A DNA stretch of 64,000 nucleotides, from NCBI GenBank assembly GCA_963989885.1, contig CAXDLF010000002.1:2433-66432 (forward strand), read 5' to 3'. The notes beneath the pieces are model-generated. The model saw only the letters and a list, made by a program, of their open reading frames with translations. It did no database searches and was not told where the DNA came from. This document shows positions 28,097-35,326 of the stretch, piece by piece. Position numbers and translations under genes: made by a program. How positions within the stretch are numbered: position 1 is the stretch's first letter; each line of letters starts with the position of its first letter. The stretch comes from an uncultured Gammaproteobacteria bacterium. GTDB taxonomy: Bacteria; Pseudomonadota; Gammaproteobacteria; PS1; Pseudothioglobaceae.

Positions 28097-29665
28097 CTAC
28101 CATCTACCAATAATAATTCCTGCCTTCTCGTCTGCTTCAGGCGAGCGTTTATAAAGCTCATCTAAATGAACCACGGTTCTTTGCTTTCTTTGTCTTAGCC
28201 AAGCAAATAATTGCTTTTCAAAGTCAGCTAAACACTTAGATTGGTCTGGATTTTCAGCGAGATCATTGAACTCATTAGGGTCATTCAACAAGTCAAACAA
28301 TTGTGCTCGAAAGCCTTCCCAATAAATATACTTCCAACGAGTATTTTTTATCATGTAGCCTCGACACTTGTAAGGGTGATGATCAAGGATTTGTCTAGCA
28401 CCACGATCGCTATAATCTATTTCGGCAAAAACCGTATCACGCCAAGCTGTGTTATCACCAAAAAGCAATGGGACAAGCGATCGACCCTCCATTCTATTAG
28501 ATGCATATGAACCTCCCATCGTTTCGACAAGGGTCGGCACTATATCAACTGATTCAGTCATTCTATTTTCAGAAGTTCCACGAAGATTTTCCGGCATTTC
28601 AGGCTCAACAATAATTAGTGGAATGCGAATTGAGGGCTCATGAAATAAATCCTTCTCACCAAGCCAATGATCACCAAGATAGTCGCCATGGTCGCTGGTA
28701 AAAATAATTAAAGTATTTCTACTTAAATTATTTTCATCTAAAAACGTTATAAGTCTACCAATATGATGGTCAATTTCACTTATCAGACCCATATAGGTTG
28801 GAATTACGTGTCTACGTTTTTTCTCGTCTGTGTAGTTTCGAGAATATTCAAGCTGCTGAAAAGCAGAAAAGACGGGGTGAGGATTTTTCTGCTCGATCTT
28901 ATCCTTAACAACCCCTACAACATCACTGTCTTTATACATTTTGTGGTACGGCGAGGGAGCAAGCAAAGGCCAATGAGGATTAAAATAACTCAAATGTAAA
29001 CACCATGGGGTATCCTTATTTCGAGTAGAAATATACTCCATTGCACGATTGGTTAGAAAAGCTGTTTCTGAATGCTGTGCTTCGATATCTGAAGGCAAAT
29101 GAGCATTCCTCATCTCCCAGCCGCTACATTTCAAACCAGACTTTTTAGTAGCAGTATTAGCTGCGTTTTCCCAAGGATTATGCATCTCATAGCCTTGAGA
29201 CAATAAATAATCGTTATAGCCAACTCCATCATAGACAATAGGCTCTGGATATAAACCTCCATAATGCTCAAAAGGGGTAAAACCATTGTCATGACGATTT
29301 AGAGCTATTTCAGAATCTAGTGGTACGTTCAGACGCGATAAGCCTTCTGTATTAGGACGTCCTTCGCTTTTACCTACAACATGCGCTTCAATACCCAACT
29401 CACGCATGTAATCACCCAAGGTAACTTCGTCGACTTTTATTGGGTCGTCATTAGCCATCACTCCGTGACTAGTCATATAACGACCAGTATAAAAACTTGC
29501 CCTGCTAGGACCGCACAGTGAGGCATTACAATAGCTGTTCTCAAACAACATACCTCGACTGGCAAGTTTATCAATATTCGGTGTGTTTATGCTGGGATGA
29601 CCAGTACAACCAAGATAATCATGCCTTAGCTGGTCACACATAATAAATAAGATATTTTTATTCAC
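28097..29665 (-). CDS. Cys-type sulfatase without a signal peptide (predicted cytoplasmic)
   Basis: NILFIMCDQL N-terminus directly at the start, formylglycine motif CGPSRASFYTGR, and SDHGD metal site. GTG start. Length 522 aa. Confidence 0.9.
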   Translation of the reverse strand: MNKNILFIMCDQLRHDYLGCTGHPSINTPNIDKLASRGMLFENSYCNASLCGPSRASFYTGRYMTSHGVMANDDPIKVDEVTLGDYMRELGIEAHVVGKSEGRPNTEGLSRLNVPLDSEIALNRHDNGFTPFEHYGGLYPEPIVYDGVGYNDYLLSQGYEMHNPWENAANTATKKSGLKCSGWEMRNAHLPSDIEAQHSETAFLTNRAMEYISTRNKDTPWCLHLSYFNPHWPLLAPSPYHKMYKDSDVVGVVKDKIEQKNPHPVFSAFQQLEYSRNYTDEKKRRHVIPTYMGLISEIDHHIGRLITFLDENNLSRNTLIIFTSDHGDYLGDHWLGEKDLFHEPSIRIPLIIVEPEMPENLRGTSENRMTESVDIVPTLVETMGGSYASNRMEGRSLVPLLFGDNTAWRDTVFAEIDYSDRGARQILDHHPYKCRGYMIKNTRWKYIYWEGFRAQLFDLLNDPNEFNDLAENPDQSKCLADFEKQLFAWLRQRKQRTVVHLDELYKRSPEADEKAGIIIGRW

Positions 29666-29679
29666 TCAATTAATGTAGA

Positions 29680-31161
29680 TTAGTTAGCTTGACTTCTGTA
29701 TTGGCGCCATATTGACCAAAAATGAATTAATAGTGCTATCACAATTATCGCAAAAATTATGCCTGAAATGGGTCTATTTATATAGTCAAATAAAGTATCG
29801 ATACGTGCCTGACTAGCACGAAACTTTAGTTCCATGATGTTACCTAATACCATTCCAAGAATGATTGGCACAATAGGTAGATTGAGTCGCTTTAAAGCAT
29901 AACCAAGTACACCAAAAACAGCACACATTATGCAATCAATCATAGAATTTCTTAGCGTATAAACACCAACAAATGAGAGTCCCAAAATTGAGGCACCCAA
30001 AAAACGCTGTGGTATCTGAATTATTTTGAGTAGAGATTTTGTAGCAATAAGCAAGAAAATTATCACAATAATATTAATTAAAATTAAACTTGCGTATAGT
30101 CCATACACAAAATCAATATGTTTTACAAACAAATCTGGGCCAGGAATGATGCTATGAACATAAAAAACTGATAGCATCATTGCTGTTAAAGCTTCGCCAG
30201 GAATACCAAGTGCTAAGAGTGGAATCATGGCTGCAGCTGGAACGGCATTATTGGCAGCTTCAGCGGCGATAATACCTTCTGGAGCCCCTTTACCAAATCT
30301 TTCAGGTTTGTCAGAAATGCCTCTGGCTATATTGTAAGAAAAAAATTGTGCTAGGAACTCACCTACACCAGGAATAATTCCCATTATCACTCCCATACCT
30401 GAAGAAATGAGAGCAATAGTTTTATATTTGATTAGATCGAATAAGCCTTCACTTTTTTTACCTTTTAAACTAGGCATTGAGACACGTTTATCTTTACCAA
30501 TAAGCAGTATGAAAGCCTGAGAAACCGCAAATAAACCGAGCAATACGGTAATTAAATCAAAGCCTGATAAGAGCCATGATTGGTCAAAAGTAAATCGCTT
30601 TGTATATCTGACATTTTCCATTCCGATGGTGCTTATAAACATTCCAAAAAAAACTAGCATTCCAGCTATTAGGGTTTGTTTTCTATGTGAGATAACAACC
30701 AATACCAATCCCAACAAGGCTGCCATCAGAATATCTCTAGAGCCAAACAGTGGAGCCACCTTGGCTATTAAAGATGTCATAAAAACAAGACTCATAATTG
30801 AGAAAATACCTCCAGTAAACGAAGACCAATAAGCCAGAGTGATGGCTCGCCTTGCTTTATTATCTTTCGTCATGCTGTAGCCATCATAAGTAGTCAATGC
30901 ATTGACGGGTGTACCAGGAGTATTAATCAAAATTGCTGGTATGGCGCCACCATACATTGCAGAACCATAAATACCCAATAGCACAGTAATACCAATAATT
31001 GGCTCCATACTGTAGGTTGCAGGAAGCAAAATAGCAATCGCCACGGCCGGCCCAACTCCTGGAATCGCGCCAATAATCACCCCACCTATTGAACCAACTA
31101 ATATAGCTACCCAGACATCCCATCTAAGGAATATGTCAAAACTTGAAAGAATTAAGTCCAT
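29680..31161 (-). CDS. tctA: Tripartite tricarboxylate transporter large permease TctA
   Basis: 493 aa and about 12 TM helices. It has TctA-type repeated GxIPGVG motifs (GAIPGVGPAVAIA; GIIPGVGEFLAQF). Confidence 0.9.
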   Translation of the reverse strand: MDLILSSFDIFLRWDVWVAILVGSIGGVIIGAIPGVGPAVAIAILLPATYSMEPIIGITVLLGIYGSAMYGGAIPAILINTPGTPVNALTTYDGYSMTKDNKARRAITLAYWSSFTGGIFSIMSLVFMTSLIAKVAPLFGSRDILMAALLGLVLVVISHRKQTLIAGMLVFFGMFISTIGMENVRYTKRFTFDQSWLLSGFDLITVLLGLFAVSQAFILLIGKDKRVSMPSLKGKKSEGLFDLIKYKTIALISSGMGVIMGIIPGVGEFLAQFFSYNIARGISDKPERFGKGAPEGIIAAEAANNAVPAAAMIPLLALGIPGEALTAMMLSVFYVHSIIPGPDLFVKHIDFVYGLYASLILINIIVIIFLLIATKSLLKIIQIPQRFLGASILGLSFVGVYTLRNSMIDCIMCAVFGVLGYALKRLNLPIVPIILGMVLGNIMELKFRASQARIDTLFDYINRPISGIIFAIIVIALLIHFWSIWRQYRSQAN

Positions 31162-31168
31162 GAATTAA

Positions 31169-31696
31169 TCAAAAATAAACCATAAAAAATGTTGCCCAAC
31201 CATCTGGAAGATAATCATAAATTGCGCCACTGGGTATCTTTACTTGTAATAAAGATTTAAATACAACCACAATTCCAAATCCCGTCACTAAACTAACCCA
31301 GAACATGGAAAGAGTTCGATAACCTGATCTAATGGTCAGTAGCGAGAAAAACAATAAGGTCGAAAGTAAATAGCCTACTAAGGGAACAAACCAAACATAC
31401 AATACAAAATAAAAAACAAACTCTAAAGTTCTTGACCAGGATGATAATTCATTTAATTCACCCTGAACCTGGCCTAGTTGCAATTTATAACTTCGCCAGA
31501 TCTGCATACTATAAAGCAAACCGAACAGAGCCATTCCGACTAGACAAAATGTGGGCCAAAGCCTTGGTTGTTTAACTAATGGGACGCCATCAAACCACTT
31601 TGTTTCAAAGGGAATTGATACTAGTAAAACCAATACAATAAGAAGCATCAGAATTACAAAGACTAAATCACCTGCTTGGTATTCTTCTTTACCCAT
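31169..31696 (-). CDS. tctB: Tripartite tricarboxylate transporter small subunit TctB
   Basis: 175 aa with four hydrophobic helices. It sits between tctC and tctA, so the assignment rests mostly on context. Confidence 0.65.
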   Translation of the reverse strand: MGKEEYQAGDLVFVILMLLIVLVLLVSIPFETKWFDGVPLVKQPRLWPTFCLVGMALFGLLYSMQIWRSYKLQLGQVQGELNELSSWSRTLEFVFYFVLYVWFVPLVGYLLSTLLFFSLLTIRSGYRTLSMFWVSLVTGFGIVVVFKSLLQVKIPSGAIYDYLPDGWATFFMVYF

Positions 31697-31734
31697 AAAG
31701 ATCTATAAAATTATGATTACTTTACATTTTATAT

Positions 31735-31764
31735 AAAAAAAAGGAAGGTTAATTAACCTTCCTT
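31735..31764 (-). terminator. Intra-operon rho-independent terminator/attenuator between tctC and tctB
   Basis: Perfect palindrome AAGGAAGGTTAATTAACCTTCCTT (31741-31764), followed on the minus strand by a T tract (A run 31735-31740 on plus). Confidence 0.55.
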
Positions 31765-31785
31765 TTCTTTGTAGTTTTGTCTCTA

Positions 31786-32724
31786 CTAAAGACTACCAAT
31801 AGTAGCCATAGTCGCCCTGTCTTTATTGATTTGTGCAGTTGAAGCATCAGCATCCATCCAGTAGATTAATGCACCGCTGTTGGCCGCGACTTCTTGCGCC
31901 CTATCACTTAGCATTGATTTCTTGGCAACAGCAATAATCTTATCTTTAACATCCTGTGGTGTGCCTTCTCCGACAAATAAGCCGTTCCATAAAAATATAT
32001 CTAACTCAGGTATCAATTCACCAATTGCTGGTGTGTTCGGTACCTTAGATATACGCTCATTTGTTATAGAAACCAAAACTTTAACATCATTTAAGCATGG
32101 CAGGATTAGCTGAATCGTTGTATTAATAACGTCTGCATCACCTGAAGCTAAAGTATTACAGTCCAGCATATCAAAGGCAGCGTCCGAACCCCATTCGAAG
32201 CCATATATCTTAGCTGCAGCTTTGGTCACCTGGGTTGGTGCCAGTGGGTCACCAAAGTGACCTAGCGTTACCTTGTTACTTTTAGCATGATAAGCTAATT
32301 GTTGAAATGAACTATATGGAGCATCGCCTGCTACAGCTATCACAAATGGATAGGTTAGGAAAATCCCTAGAGGCTCGAAAGTGTCTTCAGTCAAACCTTC
32401 TATTCCAAGATTTGGTCCTACAACCGGTACACCGATTACAAATGAACCTACCATGGAACCATCAGGATCTGCTGCCGCTACTTCCATCGCACCAGGGAAT
32501 GGACCACCGCCACCGCCTGGTTTATTAACAACCGCTGCTGCAACACCATATTCAGCCTGAAAGTCTTCTGCAATCATCCTGGTTAAAACATCTTCAAGAT
32601 CACCAGGAGGCCATGGCACAACAAAAGTCACAGGTTTATCAGGATAATCAGCCTGTGCAATTGGCATACCTACCATAAAAGCTGAAAGTGCAAAAAGCAC
32701 TCCAATCAAAGTTTTTTTCATCAT
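31786..32724 (-). CDS. tctC: Tripartite tricarboxylate transporter periplasmic substrate-binding protein (TctC/Bug family)
   Basis: Signal peptide ending AQA, followed by DYPDKPVTFVVPWPPG and VVNKPGGGG (Bug-family N-terminal pattern). Length 312 aa. Confidence 0.85.
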   Translation of the reverse strand: MMKKTLIGVLFALSAFMVGMPIAQADYPDKPVTFVVPWPPGDLEDVLTRMIAEDFQAEYGVAAAVVNKPGGGGGPFPGAMEVAAADPDGSMVGSFVIGVPVVGPNLGIEGLTEDTFEPLGIFLTYPFVIAVAGDAPYSSFQQLAYHAKSNKVTLGHFGDPLAPTQVTKAAAKIYGFEWGSDAAFDMLDCNTLASGDADVINTTIQLILPCLNDVKVLVSITNERISKVPNTPAIGELIPELDIFLWNGLFVGEGTPQDVKDKIIAVAKKSMLSDRAQEVAANSGALIYWMDADASTAQINKDRATMATIGSL

Positions 32725-32821
32725 TTATCTCCTTTTTTAAGTTAATTCCATTATAAAAAAACGTCTCAAAATAACCGATAGATTATTCTTTCTTAACTCA
32801 ATTAGGTTGCACTAAAGAGAC

Positions 32822-32835
32822 GTTCGTATACAAAC
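32822..32835. promoter_or_regulatory. Candidate operator GTTCGTATACAAAC (one mismatch to the 14-bp palindrome) upstream of tctC
   Basis: 13/14 identical to the sites at 27320 and 35269. It lies 6 nt downstream of a candidate -10 element and 98 nt upstream of the tctC ATG. Confidence 0.55.
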
Positions 32836-32841
32836 AATCCA

Positions 32842-32870
32842 AATATAACATAATACTTTTAAATAATCAA
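32842..32870 (-). promoter_or_regulatory. Candidate sigma70 promoter of the tctCBA-sulfatase-GATase operon (TTGATT-17 nt-TATATT on the minus strand)
   Basis: The reverse complement of 32865-32870 is TTGATT and that of 32842-32847 is TATATT. The spacer is exactly 17 nt. Confidence 0.45.
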
Positions 32871-32963
32871 TTTATTCAATTTAAATTTACAAAGCTTTTT
32901 TCAATAATCAAGAACGTAATCTAGTTCTCTCAAGATAATAAACTGGCGTCGCTACAATTTTAG

Positions 32964-35117
32964 CTAATGGTATGGTTTAACCAATAAAGTTTCAGCATCA
33001 AGTTGATAATCCTTTTCTGTCGCATTTATTAAACGACGTTCACGAATGAATGGCTTATGTTGGTCGGGGTTATCCGCATCAAATTCTCTTGCAAGACGAG
33101 TTCCAGAAAAAGTTGCCTGTGCAATTACGTTTGGCGTGTGAGCGTCACCGATTAAATGTATAGACTTAATTCCAGCATTGGACATTTCATCAGGCGATCC
33201 TTGTAGTTGATCATATAAATCACAATTAGAAGTTCTGTGCGTGACTAACATAACACTATCGTATTCAACAGTCATTTCCTCACCTTTCCATATATCCACA
33301 AGGGTTGCATTTCCATTTTCAACAGCTACTGCGACATGCTGATGAATCGTTTTAACACCGAGTTCAAGAAGTCTCATTAACATTCGTTGCTCTTCCAAAA
33401 CTAGGCGGAGGTATGGGCCAACGGTTTCTCCATAAGTAGCGTAAGTTACTTCATGACCGTTTTCTGCAATAAGTTCCGCCATAGCAGAACCCATATAATA
33501 TGGATCATTGTCGATTACTAATACTCTTTTTCCGAGTTTTTTCCCATATACACAATACTGTTCTGGAGTAGTAATTTCTGGTTTTGAAGCGTCAGCTCCA
33601 GCTATATAATCATGAAGCGGTGATGACATACCCGTTTCGTCCCAATTAGAACCGGTTGCGAAAACAATGCGCTCAGCTCCACATTCAAGAACATCTTTAT
33701 AATTAAGCCGATTATTTAAGATAATTTGTACATTGGTTTTTGTTCTAATTTGAGTTTCCCGCCAATCAATAACTCTCTTCCAAGCCCCAAAATTAGGCAG
33801 TTTAGAAACCCAACGTAAATGACCACCTATTTCAGCTTCAGCTTCAATTAAATGAACGGTATTATAACCACGAAGACCAAGAGTCATAGCACACTCAAGT
33901 CCAGCAGGCCCTGCCCCAACAACAACAATTGGAAGATCAGGATTGTTTGTTGGAACATATTTTTCAGGATGCCAACCTCTACGATATTCTTCACCGGAGG
34001 TTGGATTTTGAGTGCACCAAATTGGCGGCCCACCTTTTTCCCATCGAGAAACACAAATGTTGCAACCAATACACTCTCGGATATCATTGTATCGACCTTC
34101 CTCTATTTTTTTTGGTAAAAATGGATCAGAAATTGATGGACGAGCTGCCCCAATAATATCGCACTGGCCAGAATTTATTACTTTGATCATAATCTCAGGA
34201 TCTGTAAATCGACCAACATTTATAACCGGTTTTTTGGAAGCTTTTTTTGCATGATGGGTATACTGTGCTTGATGGTTTGAATCAAAGAATCGGGAAGATC
34301 CCGCATCCTCTCCCCAATTAAGAGTACCAATATTTATATCCCAATAGTCAACCAAATCATCCATTGCTTTGATGAAGGCTATACCCTCATCTTCAGCTTT
34401 TATACCTAAATCTCCAAAACCAAAAGGTTCAGATAACGTATCAATTGGAAAACGAATTCCAATTGCACAGTCATCAATTTCCTCTCTCATCATCTCTAAC
34501 AATTCTCGAGTAAAACGACATCGGTTTTCAAAGGAACCGCCGTATTCGTCAGTACGTTTGTTGTGATAACGGTACAAGAAATTCTGGGGTATTGTCGAAA
34601 GACCAACATAAACAGTCAGCAAATCAAAACCTGCTGCTCTTGCTCTTAAAGCTCCATCCACATGTTCACGTTGTATTTGTCGAATTTCTTTAATTGTCAT
34701 TGCCCTGGCACTTGCCATAGGTTCAAATTCATGTGGTATTTGCGAGGGTGCTCGAGTTGGTTCACGGGTTTCTGCATTCAGGCCAAAGGTAGTAGCATGG
34801 GTAAGTTCCACTCCAGCAAGACCACCATGAGCGTGGATACTATCGCACATCAAAGATAAATTCCTAACGTCACCTTCATCAATAATCTTACTTCCAACCC
34901 ATGGATGAATATCACTATCATGCGTTATAAAACAAACTTCCGTAAAAACTGCTCCCCAACCACCTTCAGCTTTCATTCCTCGAAAAGATGCCTGCATTCC
35001 TGGTTTGTCTGATCCAGCTCCATTACAGTGAGGCACTTGCCAGAATCGGTTTTTAAGAACTTTCGGACCAAGTTTGATTGGTTCAAAAAGAATATCGTGA
35101 CGTTTTTCTCTAGCCAT
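32964..35117 (-). CDS. Trimethylamine/dimethylamine/histamine dehydrogenase family iron-sulfur flavoprotein
   Basis: The N-terminus HDILFEPIKLGPKVLKNRFWQVPHC carries the Cys that forms 6-S-cysteinyl-FMN in TMADH. The 4Fe-4S motif CIGCNICVSRWEKGGPPIWC and ADP-binding VVGAGPAGLE are present. Length 717 aa. AGGAGG RBS. Confidence 0.9.
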   Translation of the reverse strand: MAREKRHDILFEPIKLGPKVLKNRFWQVPHCNGAGSDKPGMQASFRGMKAEGGWGAVFTEVCFITHDSDIHPWVGSKIIDEGDVRNLSLMCDSIHAHGGLAGVELTHATTFGLNAETREPTRAPSQIPHEFEPMASARAMTIKEIRQIQREHVDGALRARAAGFDLLTVYVGLSTIPQNFLYRYHNKRTDEYGGSFENRCRFTRELLEMMREEIDDCAIGIRFPIDTLSEPFGFGDLGIKAEDEGIAFIKAMDDLVDYWDINIGTLNWGEDAGSSRFFDSNHQAQYTHHAKKASKKPVINVGRFTDPEIMIKVINSGQCDIIGAARPSISDPFLPKKIEEGRYNDIRECIGCNICVSRWEKGGPPIWCTQNPTSGEEYRRGWHPEKYVPTNNPDLPIVVVGAGPAGLECAMTLGLRGYNTVHLIEAEAEIGGHLRWVSKLPNFGAWKRVIDWRETQIRTKTNVQIILNNRLNYKDVLECGAERIVFATGSNWDETGMSSPLHDYIAGADASKPEITTPEQYCVYGKKLGKRVLVIDNDPYYMGSAMAELIAENGHEVTYATYGETVGPYLRLVLEEQRMLMRLLELGVKTIHQHVAVAVENGNATLVDIWKGEEMTVEYDSVMLVTHRTSNCDLYDQLQGSPDEMSNAGIKSIHLIGDAHTPNVIAQATFSGTRLAREFDADNPDQHKPFIRERRLINATEKDYQLDAETLLVKPYH

Positions 35118-35268
35118 GCTAGACCTCCTATTTTTTTAAAGTTATGTGGCCGTCAATTGAGGGCTTTATATTAATATAAACAACTCCAATATTCAACAAC
35201 AAACTTTCTTGACTAATTAACACCTCATTAAATTGATTATTTAAGTGGATTATGATATTCTGTAACTT

Positions 35269-35282
35269 GTTCGTATACGAAC
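35269..35282. promoter_or_regulatory. Candidate operator GTTCGTATACGAAC (perfect 14-bp palindrome) upstream of the TMADH-family gene
   Basis: Identical to 27320-27333. A TATAGT hexamer (reverse complement of 35281-35286) overlaps its edge. It lies 152 nt upstream of the ATG. Confidence 0.6.
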
Positions 35283-35326
35283 TATATTCAGATCGTTAAT
35301 TTACAATTAGTATTGCTTCTCTCTAT

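Noticed and set aside
28097-29665. Naming the sulfatase choline-O-sulfatase (betC).
   Set aside because: Only its length, cytoplasmic location and Cys-type motif agree. No betA/betB/betI context is present, and TTT transporters are not known choline-sulfate carriers. It is kept only as a hypothesis.
32759-32824. 8-nt inverted repeat AACGTCTC ... GAGACGTT in the tctC leader.
   Set aside because: The arms are about 50 nt apart and only 8 nt long, and there is no obvious conserved structure. It could be chance in a 239-nt region. It also partly overlaps the operator flank.
32964-35117. Naming the 717-aa flavoprotein trimethylamine dehydrogenase (tmd).
   Set aside because: The family-level match is strong. 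However, TMA, DMA and histamine dehydrogenases share these motifs, and substrate residues cannot be judged without an alignment.
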